A DNA stretch of 64,000 nt from Octopus sinensis (taxonomy: Eukaryota). Below, in pieces: positions 1 through 12,088 of the stretch (position 1 is the first letter of the stretch; the number at the start of each line of letters is the position of its first letter). The DNA is taken from positions 12,896,001 to 12,960,000 of the forward strand of contig NC_043007.1 of assembly GCF_006345805.1 (NCBI RefSeq), read 5' to 3'. The position numbers and the translations under genes were made by a program. The notes below the pieces were generated by a model that searched no databases, was not told where the DNA came from, and saw nothing but the letters and a program-made list of their open reading frames with translations.

Positions 1-2
1 AT

Positions 3-432
3 AAAATAAATATAAGAGAGTGGTCACTATATGGCTCACTCTAGCACTAGTTAATCCAAAAGGTTTCAACCACAAAAATACATGTTTCCCATGAAAGTCA
101 GTACGATTGTTGTCGGATGTAATCAATTGAACCACACGTGTATTTATCGTTATGGTAAAATCTGGCGTGTGATTGAGTGGATTTCATCCAGATAGTTTTG
201 GCTGACGAGCTACAAGTGGATCTTTTTGTAAGTAAAATTACATTTAATTCATTAATAGCGAAACAATTGTCCCAAAATAATCTGTATTTTTGTTATTTTT
301 TATTTGCCCTGTCCGTGTGAGCTAACAATCGTACTGACTTTCATGGGAAACATGTATTTTTGTGGTTGAAACCTTTTGGATTAACTAGTGCTAGAGTGAG
401 CCATATAGTGACCACTCTCTTATATTTATTTT
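3..432. repeat. Perfect 109-bp inverted repeat (3-111 / 324-432) around a 212-bp spacer; MITE/fold-back-like
   Basis: Arms checked base by base as exact reverse complements. Confidence 0.85.
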
Positions 433-582
433 GTAAAAATATTATAATATATTATAAAATATTATAATAATCCAGGTTTCTCGGAGCACTAGGCCACTTG
501 GTGTTGAATAGATATACTATTAAATTAGTATCTAATTCTCTCACCCTTATTAATTAATTATATTATATATATATATATATAT

Positions 583-610
<28 letters not shown>

Positions 611-614
<4 letters not shown>

Positions 615-750
615 TATTAATACACAAATATGAGAGAGAATCCACTAAGTGGACGCCCTTAATCTAAAGAGAGATCCGCATGCGGATCTCTCTTTAGCGT
701 AAGGGCGTCCACTTAGTGGATTCTCTCTCATATTTGTGTATTAATAATAT
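611..750. repeat. 140-bp zero-loop palindrome centred at 680/681
   Basis: 70-bp arms with 2 mismatches (698-699), flanked on the left by (TA)n. Confidence 0.88.
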
Positions 751-836
751 TTACTGAATCTCAGTTTTTTATGCGCTAAACCACTGGTGTTAAATTGATG
801 TTATTAAATTAATATCCAATTTTTTCACCCTCATTT

Positions 837-889
<53 letters not shown>

Positions 890-1402
890 GAAGTGTTTCA
901 GATGGAACTGTTCAATGTGTTTGACTGGCAGGTTAGAAAGCAAATTTTCTGGAGATAATACTTAGGAGAAGGAAAAACAAACATATATTTAACTTAGGAA
1001 TTTAAATTAAACCTCCATATGGTATTTTACATTTTCACTCATATCCAGCTTTATCACTTGTAAAAGAGTGTAAGCTTTTTCTGATACCCAGTAATTGTCT
1101 TCGAAATACTCATGAACTGGTGGCGTAGAAAGCAGCTGAAGGGTAGAAGATGATAATTGAAAATCAACGCATGCTTTAAAGCTGTAAACGAACAGCCTTG
1201 GCCTTTGCATATAAGATAAGAATACAAGTAGTTATTAAAAACATGTATCTTATATGCATTGAATAATATACTATATGTATGTTGTTATGGTTGTCGTTTT
1301 GATAAATAAATAAGTCAACATTTTAATATCCTAAAGCTGATAAACCAACTAATGTGCTTCTCCATTTTCTTATTTGCAATATATATATAGATAGATAGAT
1401 AG

Positions 1403-1443
<41 letters not shown>

Positions 1444-1622
1444 TGAGAGGTAATGGTATCAATGAGACCCAAAGGTGTCAGGTAAGTGCTATGGACAGAC
1501 TATAGTTAAGCTCCAGGTTCGGTGATTAAGCGAATGACGAGTTCAACGTAGGTCATATATCAGCATGTGTTTATATAAAAAAAAATTTACAGAATGAGAT
1601 AAAAATCCAAGGCTGTGAAAGA

Positions 1623-1957
1623 TTTCAGAACATTTATAAATAGAAAGTCTTACAGCTGTTTCCGGGATATTCTATATATCCCTTCATCGGAGAGGGTGTG
1701 AGAAGATGGTTAAGCGTTAGTAATTCTAGAGAAGATATGAAATAGAGAGTGAAGTGGAGGAATGAAAATAGACGTGAGATATGCAGGGATATTGTATCTG
1801 TAGTTCCATTATTTAGACAGAATGGTATGTCTATATATTTCATTTCCCCACTTCGTTCTCTATTTCGTATCTTATCTAAAATAACTATTCCTTAGCCATT
1901 TTCTCATACCGTCTCCGGAAACAGCTGTAAGACTTTCTATTTATAAATGTTCTGAAA
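1623..1957. mobile_element. MITE-like element with perfect 43-bp terminal inverted repeats
   Basis: TTTCAGAACATTTATAAATAGAAAGTCTTACAGCTGTTTCCGG at 1623-1665 and its reverse complement at 1915-1957; imperfect inverted similarity continues inward. No TSD seen. Confidence 0.6.
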
Positions 1958-2049
1958 AGGGACAACAAAGCAACCAGATAGACGTTACAAAGAAAACAAG
2001 GACGGGTCATTCGGAGTTTTCTTTCCTCAGTCGAGTTCCACTCGAGGTA

Positions 2050-2500
2050 TTGCGTAGTCAGTCTCAGCCATTCTTTCAAGTGTTTCATATTGACGTATAG
2101 ACATCATTTTTCATCACCTGTGGTGATGGGTTACAGCGATTCCTGTGTGTGCCCATGAGTAATCTGATATTGTGAGAGCAAACTGGAAAAAGTTTGACGA
2201 GTGCTGGAGTTTGTCCTTTTGTTCGCAGAATGTGGTACCCATGCACAGAGTTTTGGAAATATTACCTATCGAAAGAAGGCGACAGGCGACGGTATCATGA
2301 GAATTTCCCATCTTTTGAACCGATTCTTCAGTAGATTGATATGGATTATCCTGGATGAGCTGGTTGAACCGATCCTCATTGAACTGAACAGGGTGGCCGG
2401 AATTCAGAAAGTCTGAAATCGAATTTCCCCTCCTTGATTTGTGAAAAACCATTTCTGTGCAATTCTTCCAGCATTATCGTCTTCTCCGTATACACATCTA
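2050..2500 (-). pseudogene. Mariner (Mos1-like) transposase relic, N-terminal HTH region to first catalytic Asp
   Basis: Frameshifted translation VYGEDD..RIAQKWF..SGHPVQFNEDRFNQLIQDNP.QST....TGDEK*CLYVNMK..KEWL. Confidence 0.8.
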
Positions 2501-2621
2501 ACTACATATACATACATATATAGATACACACACACACACAATGCAAGTATTTGCACGAGAAGATATACATAAAACAAAACATACAAATCTGCACATATAC
2601 ATACATAATACATACATTATA

Positions 2622-2993
2622 GTGGAGGCGCAATGGCCCAGTGGTTAGGGCAGCGGACTCGCAGTCATGATTCCCAGACCGGGCGTTGTGAGTGTTTATT
2701 GAGCGAAAACACCTAAAGCTCCACGAGGCTCTGGCAGGGGATGGTGGTGATCCCTGCTGTACTCTTTCACCACAACTTTCTCTCACTCTTACTTCCTGTT
2801 TATGTTGTACCTGTATTTCAAGGGGCCGGCCTTGTCACTCTCTGTGTCACGCTGAATATCCCCGAGAACTACGTTAAGGGTACACGTGTCTGTGGAGTGC
2901 TCAGCCACTTACACGTTAATTTCACGAGCAGGCTGTTCCGTTGATTCGGATCAACCGGAACCCTCATCGTCGTAACCGACGGAGTGCTTCCAA
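2622..2993 (+). mobile_element. tRNA-derived SINE, family B (tail type a), full length
   Basis: A box TGGCCCAGTGG, B-box region deleted; 12-bp TSD ACATACATTATA (2610-2621, 2994-3005). Confidence 0.8.
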
Positions 2994-3187
2994 ACATACA
3001 TTATATGTGTGTGTGCATGTGGAGACATACAAGGAAACCGAACGAAAACAAACACGGAGGATCGTTAGACCAGAATGAGAGGAAAATAGTGAATGCTGGA
3101 AGAAACATTTTTTTAAAAGAGAAAGAGAGAAGAGAGAAAGAAAGAGAGAGAGAAAACACGCCATACATACATACATACATACGTACA

Positions 3188-3208
3188 AAGAAGCCCGTCG
3201 TATATATG

Positions 3209-3272
<64 letters not shown>

Positions 3273-3484
3273 TGTGTGTGTTTGTGTGTCTGTGTTTGTC
3301 CCCCTAGCATTGCTTGACAACTGATGTTGGTGTGTTTATGTCCCCGTTACTTAGCGGTTCGGCAAAAGAGACCGATAGAATAAGTACTGGGCTTACAACA
3401 GTCCCGGGGTCGAGTTGCTCGGTTAAAGGTGGTGCTCCAGCATGGCCGCAGTCAAATGACTGAAACAAGTAAAAGAGTAAAGAG
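3188..3484 (+). mobile_element. SINE family A, 5'-truncated
   Basis: Internal (TA)n, body, and tail GGTGCTCCAGCATGGCCGCAGTCAAATGACTGAAACAAGTAAAAGAG. Confidence 0.85.
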
Positions 3485-3499
3485 ATACATACATACTTA

Positions 3500-3849
3500 T
3501 GTAGCAATATCGTCTCTCATTGCTATCTTCACTGTTTGAGAAGAGTATTAAAAATAACCTCGGTCGAGATTACAAACAGCTTTGGCTAGTTCAACATTAT
3601 TGTAAACACTAATTCGATTGGCTGACACGTTGGTCTCTACTACGCTCGCACCGCTGGTTATAACTTGGCGCAAAATGTCTCGACTTATTTTCGCGCCATA
3701 GTCCAAGCAGCCAATCACAGCTTTCCATTTCTGAAGTTCTTTGGGAGCCATGTAAAGCTTATAAATAAGGTTTCTCAGAAAAATATTCGTCTTAGGTTTT
3801 TAGTTCTTCTCAGACAGTGAAGATAGCAATGAGAGACGATATTGCTACA
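3500..3849. mobile_element. MITE with 45-bp TIRs starting TGT
   Basis: TGTAGCAATATCGTCTCTCATTGCTATCTTCACTGT(T/C)TGAGAAGA at 3500-3544 and inverted at 3805-3849, 1 mismatch; sits in (CATA)n. Confidence 0.7.
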
Positions 3850-4007
3850 CATACATTACATTACATTACATACATACAAAAATACCCTAGTGTAAACCTC
3901 CACAAGTGAATGTGTGAGAAGCAAAATAGGAATCTTGAAAGAAGTATCTATGAAACCAAATTCTAAACACCGAATGGATATGGGCATCCATCAGAGTAAA
4001 ATAATTA

Positions 4008-4427
4008 GGATCTTTTCGGTTTGAACGGCAGTTTTTAAAAAGAATTTCCACGTAACTAAACACTTTTAAACTTCGTATACTGGTATAATGAGTTTATAAA
4101 ACATCTTTTTCTCTTGGCTTTATTGAGAAAATTCTATAGTTTGTAAGATATTTGTTGTTGTTTTTTCTTCAATTTCTGCAATGTCAACCAATCAATGACG
4201 TCTATTGAGGTGAAAACATTCTGTGCCCTATGAATGTGTCCCTCGTTTAAGAAACAGATTGGGTTTATTTACATTTGTGAAGAAAAAAAGATACCATTCC
4301 CCCTAACCTTAACCTCAACTAACCCTAACCCTAAAACAGATTGAAATGCAATAGATCGATCATAATTATGGGTGACAATTTCATATGACACCGCTAGAAA
4401 AAACTGCCGTTCAAACCGAAAAGATCC
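4008..4427. mobile_element. GG-ended MITE with 8-bp TSD (Merlin-like), copy 1
   Basis: TIR GGATCTTTTCGGTTTGAACGGCAGTTTTT; TSD AATAATTA on both sides; internal CCCTAA repeats. Confidence 0.85.
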
Positions 4428-4494
4428 AATAATTATTAAAGGGATCCACTGTTAAAAAAAAAAAAGCAGTTGAGGACGACTGTCAAAGGTTGTC

Positions 4495-4660
4495 CCTGTA
4501 TACAGACAAAGTAACAAACGAGGGAGTGCATCAGACGATCAGAAATAGCCTGAACGACAAAAGGCGGCAACAGACTACGTTCATCATAGAAATATCATAC
4601 GACGAGAAGACAAAGCTTTGAACACATAAGTGGCAAGTGGAAAAGACGGGTTAATACGAC
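4495..4660 (+). pseudogene. Possible degenerate RTE-clade LINE ORF2 C-terminal relic
   Basis: Translation resembling YTDKVTNEGV...NIIRRE..GK; weak by-eye similarity only. Confidence 0.3.
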
Positions 4661-5367
4661 AGAAAGAGAGAAGAAACCTGATGGCCTTTTCCAACTGTTA
4701 TTACGTTATTACATGCTAACTTGTGTAGGACAGGAGGAACGGGGGAGATCTATGATCGCCGATGTCAGTCGGAATGAAACTCAAAGAAGAAATAAAATAA
4801 TGTCACTAAATCACATTTGTCCCTAGGTTTGATACAGCCTGCGTTTTATCTAATAATTTCCCTTAAAGCAACTTTCGTCAGTTCTAACAATTAGCGTTCA
4901 TTTTCTACATTATCCTATTACACTTCAGATGTCTGGTTAATAGACGTTTGATGATGGTATGTAAATTCACCGATATGAATCGTATATCCGATATGGTTGT
5001 TGTGTAGTTAATAGAAGCTACGTGTGTAGTTGGTTGGTTTTTGTGGTATTTACTCGTGTATAATTCATACTATTTTATACATGATTTTATCTGAAAAAAA
5101 AAAAAAAATAATAAACCCCCCTGAAAAAAACTGGGGTGTGGTTTATACAAGGCAAAGCAAAAACTATGCCGGGGAAAAAATTTTTGTATCACGATTTAAC
5201 ATCAAATTAGGGGCGCGACTTACACAAGTCAAAGCAGTAAACTATTTATCCTCTGTGACTGTTGCCTGGTGTGCTGGTGCTATAATTCGCTGACACAAAA
5301 TCCATACACCATGTGCGCGCGCGAGCGTGCGTATAGGTGTATACCGAGTGTTGTATGTTCTTTCTCG

Positions 5368-5785
5368 AGATCTTTTCGGTTTGAACGGCAGCTTTTAACA
5401 TAATTTCTAAGTAACTAAAAAATTTAAAACTTCGTATACTGGTAGAATGTGTTTATAAAACATCTTTTTCCCTAGGCTTTATTGAGAAAATTCTATAGTT
5501 TGTAAGATATTTAGTCTTTAATTTCTTGCATTTTGGCAATTTCAACCAATCAATGACCGTCTATTGAGGTGAAAACATTCTGTGCCGTATGAATATGTCC
5601 CTCGTTTAAGAAACGGATTGGGTTTATTTACATTTGTGAAGAAAAAAAGATACTCTTCCCCCCACCCCTAACCCTAACCCTAAAATAGATTGAAATGCAA
5701 TAGATCGATACTAGGGTCATAATTATGGGTGACAATTTCATATGACACCGCTAGAAAAAAACTACCGTTCAAACCGAAAAGATCC
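5368..5785. mobile_element. GG-ended MITE with 8-bp TSD (Merlin-like), copy 2
   Basis: Same TIRs (first base G>A); TSD CTTTCTCG (5360-5367, 5786-5793). Confidence 0.85.
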
Positions 5786-5979
5786 CTTTCTCGAGCCATA
5801 CTCGAGAGGAGGCAGTCATATTGAGAGAAAGAGAGAGAGATAGCAGTGGTGGTGGAGTGTTGATAGTGAAATGGTTTTTTTGGTTTTATTGAGCTGATTT
5901 CTTTTTGTAGTGACTATCATTTAAAGCATGCGTGTTATTGCAATTATTTATCGTCTGCTTGCTTTAAAAATTGATATTT

Positions 5980-6537
5980 GTTTACTCTTTTACTTGTTTC
6001 AGTTATTTGACTGCAGCCATGCTGGAGCACCACCTTTAGTCGAGCAAATCGACTTATTCTTTGTAAGCCTAGTACTTATTCTATCGGTCTCATTTGCTGA
6101 ACCGCTAAGTTACGGGGACATAAACACACCAGCATCGGTTGTCAAGGGATGATGGGGGACAAACACAGACACACAAGGATACACACACACATATATATGT
6201 ACATATACGGCGGGCTTCTTCCAGTTTCCGTCTACTAAATCCACTCACAAGTCTTTGGTCGGTCTGAGGCTATAGTAGAAGACACTTGCCCAAGGTGCCA
6301 CGCAGTGGGACTGAACCCATGACCATGTGGTTGGTAAGCAAGCTACTTACCACACACCCACTCATATATATATACGGCGGGCTTCTTCCAGTTTCCGTCT
6401 ACTAAATCCACTCACAAGGCTTTGGTCAGCCCGAGGCTATAGTAGAAGACACTTGCCCAAGGTGCCACGCAGTGGGATTGAACCCATGACCATGTGGTTG
6501 GTAAGCAAGCTACTTACCACACAGCCACTCCTGCGCC
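5980..6537 (-). mobile_element. SINE family A with tandemly duplicated 5' head (~168 bp)
   Basis: Two successive copies of the ACGGCGGGCTTCTTCCAG...CTACTTACCACAC segment. Confidence 0.85.
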
Positions 6538-6644
6538 TATGGGTTATTTAGTCTGAACTCTGGATTCACAAGAAACACGGTTGCAAACTGCCCAAGAAGG
6601 GGTGCACAGATATGGGGCAAGGATCAGAGAGGAACAGTGGGAAA

Positions 6645-6951
6645 ATCTTTATATATAAAAGTGAAGTTGTGTGTGTGTCTGTCTCCTACGATTTAGATTC
6701 CTAACTACTCCCACATTTTGCGGTGCAGTTTAACCAAAAGCGGGTATCTTATAGTCGTCATTCATATCGAGCCCTTCTGGGTATTAGCGCGCATCTATGA
6801 TGAGTCTACGATTAAAAAAAAAAATTTACCATAATTTTTTCCCATTTTTAATGCATTTTTTTGCTATTATATAAGGAAAGTAACTCTCTAAAAATGCTTA
6901 TATAGTTATTTCCCTTACAAAACCGAGCAACGCCGGGCGATACTGCTAGTA
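6645..6951 (-). mobile_element. Non-autonomous Helitron-like (Lep1/Helentron-type) element
   Basis: 5' end ACTAGCAGTATCGCCCGGCGTTGCTCGG with short hairpin, 3' (GACA/CA)n then ACAACTTCACTTTTATATATAAAGAT; no TSD; about 8 copies in the window. Confidence 0.7.
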
Positions 6952-7118
6952 TAATATAAAGAGGAAAAAGACAACACCGATTGGAGATGTGGGGAAATAA
7001 ACATTAACAATAAAGAAAGCTAATTTATGAATGCTATAAAAATGCTAATTATTCTTTCTTTATTAAATAGGTCCTATTAATTTTTTTCATTCCATGGAAT
7101 TTCCATGGGCTCCACTAG

Positions 7119-7149
<31 letters not shown>

Positions 7150-8672
7150 GTAGTAGTAACAGAAGAGAGGAATTTCGATTGTCCCCATGTCGTGGGTTGT
7201 AATGTATATTCTTTTATTCTTTTACTTGTTTCAGTCATTTGACTGTGGCCATGCTGGAGCACCGCCTCCTGTATAGTCGAGAAAATCGACCCCAGGACTT
7301 ATTCTTTGTAAGCCTAGTACTTATTCTATCGGTCTGTTTTGTCGAACTGCTAAGTTACAGGGTGTGCATACATTTGAAGGCATATGGCTTAGTGGTTAGG
7401 GCATTCGGCTCACAATTGTAAGGTCATGAGAGAGAGAGAGAAAGAGAAAGAGAGAGACAGAAAGAGAGAGAGAGAGAGACAGACAGAAAGAGAAAGAGAG
7501 AGAGAGAGAGAGGAAAGAAGAAATTAAAAAAGGAAAATACGCACACTTACATGGTTTTAATATATCGACCAGTTTCGCTATCACTATTCATGATATAATG
7601 CTTAATTTATATGAATATATATTTTTTCTTAAGAAGAAACTTGGTCCATGTTGTGTGTGATGAAATTCACGAGTGAATGACTTCACAAGTAGACAAATAA
7701 AGGGAGGTATATATATATAGATATATATATATATAAATATATACATATATATATATAAATATATATATACACACACACATATATATATAAATATATATAC
7801 ACACACACACACATATATATATATACATATATATATAAATATATATACACATATATAAATAAATATATATACACATACACATATATAAATATATATTCAT
7901 ATATATATATATATACACACATAAATATATACATATATATATATTATTGACTTTCCACCATGCCCAGGTTATTACAGCACCCCTCCTACACCTTGAACCC
8001 TAACCCCCCACTTTCTGCTCTGTTTTCCTTCGTGAGCCATTCCTACCTCTCTCGCCTCCTCCCCCACTCTCCATACTGGTATTTCCCATCAGTCACACCT
8101 CCACCCTTGTTCTTCGCTCACTACATTCACCTCTGCCTCCACCCGCACCTCTAACCATCTGTTACTCCCCACCCCGTCCTGATCCACTGCCTGCATCCTC
8201 TCTTATATTCGCCTTCTCATATCTTGAGATGCTCTGGCATCTCATCAACACCATCTCTACCTTCTTTCCAGCTACCCCCAGCCTTATATAGAGCAGGTGT
8301 GGGGGTTAGACAGGGTAACCATGTATCTTCTCTACAGCAAGACACCTGTGATTGTCCCCCCCACCCACCCACAATCATACTTTAGCTTTTCAACACCTGG
8401 CATACCATCACTGCCCTCCACCATTCAAATACTAACCCCATTTTCCATTTTCACTGTTCTTTTCTTATCTTACTAGTGATGACCTCACTAGTACCAGTGG
8501 CATGAAAACTGCAATCAATGCTATAGAAACTATTCCGATGCTAACACTAGAACTCAATGTGGTCCTGGGGCTCATTGGATTTTGTAAAACAGTCTAACCC
8601 ATGCCAGTATGGAAAATAAACATTAACTGGTGATTATGATTGACAATTTCATATATTGCACATATATATATA

Positions 8673-9079
8673 TACTCTTTACTCTTTTACTTGTTTCAGT
8701 CATTTGACTGCGGCCATGCTGGAGCACCGCCTTTAGTCGAGCAAATTGACCCCGGGACTTATTCTTTTGTAAGCCCAGTACTTATTCTATCGGTCTCTTT
8801 TGCCGAACCGCTAAGTAACGGGGACATAAACACACCAGCATCGGTTGTCAAGCAATGCTAGCGGGACAAACACAGACACACAAACACACACATATATATA
8901 TATATATACATATATACGACGGACTTCTTTCAGTTTCCGTCTACCAAATCCACTCACAAGGCATTGGTCGGCCCGGGGCTATAGCAGAAGACACTTGCCC
9001 AAGATGCCATGCAGTGGGACTGAACCCGGAACCATGTGGTTGGTTAGCAAGCTACTTAGCACACAGCCACTCCTGCGCC
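8673..9079 (-). mobile_element. SINE family A, full length
   Basis: Head GGCGCAGGAGTGGCTGTG (A-box-like) and GGTTCAGTCCC (B-box-like) through the GAGTAAA tail. Confidence 0.9.
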
Positions 9080-9084
9080 TATAT

Positions 9085-9129
<45 letters not shown>

Positions 9130-9144
9130 GATCACTTTACTGAT

Positions 9145-9720
9145 GGCAGTAGAATTCGGTTTTCTCTCCTGTTAACTAAAGGCATTTATCTTTGCTTCCA
9201 CTTCTGTTCTTTCTTTTCTAAATCTTCAACCAATTCAGTTATGTGAACTATGTCATCAACATTGAGGAGTTCCCATGAACAGCTGGTCTTAAAATTCTCT
9301 GTTAAGATCCAGTGAACTATAATAAATAAGAAGGGGCTCAGAACCAAATTTCTTGCTGAACTCATTGCCAATTCTCACTTTGCTGGAACTATTATACTCA
9401 CATGCCATTCATTTACACTTAGTATGGTACCATGTCAAGGACTTACAAACACTAGACAGAGTGGCTTGCCCTTAGCTACAAACCTTTCCTCCAGGCTAGG
9501 AAGAGGTCAACAGTGCATCCAGTCTAAGCTAATTCTTTTCCAAGTCAATCTCTGTTACTTTCAAAACTCGGACCATTGTTTTAACATCTATAGTTACTCC
9601 CTTCAACAGCTTTTCTGTTATTCTAGTAACAGTTGATGACAACATTGCTGTGCCAGTTAATGGCCCGCGACACCACTCTGTAACAGATGATTATGTGACT
9701 AGCATGAGTCTCACTTTGCT
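9145..9720 (-). pseudogene. RTE-clade LINE reverse transcriptase relic
   Basis: VLSPFLFIIV...FKTSCSWELLNVDDIVHI.E..EDLEKK..KWKQ matches the RTE pattern GSVLSPLLFIIV...CPWELLYADD. Confidence 0.75.
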
Positions 9721-9747
9721 GGATATTTCCAGCATCTTAGTCACTAT

Positions 9748-10151
9748 TACTCTCTTTACTCTTTTACTCGTTTCAGACATTTGACTGCGGCCATGCTGGA
9801 GCACCGCTTTTAGTTGAGCAAATCGAACCCAGGACTAATTCTTTGTAAACCTAGTACTTATTCTATCAGTCTTTTTTGCTGAACTGTTAAGTTATGGGGA
9901 AGTAAACACACCAGCATTGGTTGTCAAGCGATGTTGGGGGGACAAACACAGACACACAAACATACACACACACACATATATATATATACGACGGGCTTCT
10001 TTCAGTTTCCATCTACCAAATCCACTCACAAGGCTTTGGTCGGCCTGAGGTTATAGCAGAAGACACTTGCCCAAGGTGTCCCGCAGTGGGTCTGAACCTG
10101 GAACCATGTGGTTGGTAAGCAAGCTACTTACCACACAGCCACTCCTGCACC
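9748..10151 (-). mobile_element. SINE family A, full length
   Basis: Complete head, internal microsatellite and tail. Confidence 0.9.
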
Positions 10152-10664
10152 TGATAATCCAACTGATTTCTGTTTTAATCATGCATTCACCATACAGTTG
10201 TCATCTTCAATAGTTAGTCCCTCTGTTGGGTTTACTTAGGATAGTTCCCTTTTCATTTTGCTTACACATTCTCCACATCAGCAACCTTATTTCTGATGTT
10301 TGTCATCTTCAGAAAGACCCGAGAAGGAGTCATGAAAGAGTTGTGTTAAGTGGTATGTGAAGAAAGAGAATGAAAGAAAAGAAAGAAAGAAAGAAAAAAG
10401 ACGGGATAGTGTAAGTACTGAAAGAGTCAGTAGTGTAAGGGGAAGAGTGAGAAGAGCAATGTGAGGGGGAAAGGAAATAAAGGTTTGTACCAAGAACCAG
10501 GTCAGCTGAAATGGGAAGGAGATATTAAAAGTCACCTTTAAAATAATAGTTTTAAATCACTTGCACTAATGGGAAATAACCTTTCCAACATCTTGGCAGC
10601 GAATATAGTCACATGTCATTGATTGCTGCCATAGCAGACTCTGTAGTACAAACATGGAAATATA

Positions 10665-10974
10665 CAGGGTGGACCAAAATGATCTGACACATTTGGAGGC
10701 TTAATAGAAGCACAGAATAAGAAATAATGAAAAGAAAAATTTTATTTTCTGAATGTACATATAATGCCATTTTATTTCATTAAGTTTTAAAAATTAAATC
10801 AGCTAAATCAGCGCAGGTGTGGCTGTGTGGTAAGTAGCTTGCTTACCAACCACATGGTTCTGGTTTCAGTCCCACTGCGTGGCACTTTGGGCAAGTGTCT
10901 TCTACTATAGCCTCGGGCCGACCAAAGCCGTGTGAGTGGATTTGGTAGACGGAAACTGAAAGAAGCCTGTCGTG

Positions 10975-11030
<56 letters not shown>

Positions 11031-11636
11031 TCCCCCCCCCAACATCGCTTGACAACTGATGCTGGTGTGTTTACGTCCCCGTCACTTAGCGGTTCGGCAA
11101 AAGAGACCGATAGAATAAGTACTAGGCTCACAAAGAATAAAGTCCTGGGGTCGATTTGCTCGACTAAAGGCGGTGCTCCAGCATGGCCACAGTCAAATGA
11201 CTGAAACAAGTAAAAGAGAGTAAATGCTTCTCATCATCGTCAACACACTGTTGGAGACGTTCATGAAAGTTATCGATAACTCTTTGGATCATTTCTTCTG
11301 GAATGGATGCTATTTCTACACAAATTGCATGTTTTAATTCATCAATAGATCGAGGGCGATGACTGAATACTTTTGATTTTAAATATCCCAACAAGAAGAA
11401 ATCACATTTCACCATTCCAGAAGAAATGATCCATAGAGTTATCGATAACTTTCCTGAACGTCTCCAACAGTGTGTTCACAATGATGGGAAGCATTTGGCT
11501 GATTTAATTTTTAAAACTTAATGAAATAAAATGGCATTATATGTACATTCAGAAAATAAAATTTTTCTTTTCATTATTTCTTATTTTGTGCTTTTATTAA
11601 GCCTCCAAATGTGTCAGATCATTTTGGTCCACCCTG
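10665..11636. mobile_element. Tc1/mariner-superfamily fold-back deletion derivative with TA TSD, interrupted by a SINE
   Basis: TA|CAGGGTGGACCAAAA...TTTTGGTCCACCCTG|TA; inverted arms ~230 bp; core encodes CDFFLLGYLKSKVF..PRSIDELK.AI..EI..IP.EM..RV..NF.ERLQQC, a transposase C-terminus. Confidence 0.9.
10811..11220 (+). mobile_element. SINE family A inserted in the left arm of the mariner derivative
   Basis: Full length; candidate TSD TAAAT; the host arm resumes exactly after it. Confidence 0.9.
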
Positions 11637-11732
11637 TATAAGCTTAGCCTTCACTTGCTAATGAGTATGACCTGGAAGGTTATACCACCAAGCGTTCACT
11701 ACCTTTGTTTTTGGCAGTGGTGATGCTGGAAA

Positions 11733-12088
11733 TACCTATTTCTTTACTACCCACAAGGGGCTAAACACAGAGAGGACAAACAAGGACAGACAAACGGATT
11801 AAGTCGATTACATCAACCCCAGTGCGTAACTGGTACTTATTTAATAGACCCCGAAAGGATGAAAGGCAAAGTCGACCTTGGCAGAATTTGAACTCAGAAC
11901 ATAGTGGCAGACAAAATACCTATTTCTTTACTACCCACAAGGGGCTAAACATAGAGGGGACAAACAAGGACAGACAAACGGATTAAGTTGATTACTTCGA
12001 ACACGGTGTATAACTGTTACTTGTTTAATCGACCCCGAAAGGATGAAAGGCAAAGTCAACCTCGGCGAAATTTGAACTCAAAACGTAA
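11733..12088 (-). repeat. SINE family C (Meta/MESC-like core), two tandem 184-bp units
   Basis: Unit starts at 11733 and 11917; core GCCTTTCATCCTTTCGGGGTCGATTAAATAAGTACCAG. Confidence 0.8.

Noticed and set aside
3548-3751. 67-aa ORF inside the TGT-ended MITE as a captured gene
   Set aside because: No recognisable motif, and its length is within chance expectation.
8845-9175. Recurrent peptides such as MSSNARGTNTDTQTH and YDGLLSVSVYQIHSQGFGRPEA, appearing as a multi-copy gene family
   Set aside because: They are translations of SINE family A; frames differ between copies.
10285-10320. Hammerhead-like CTGAAGA...GAAA on the minus strand
   Set aside because: Core and a 3-bp stem II are present, but no stem I partner or palindromic stem III can be formed.
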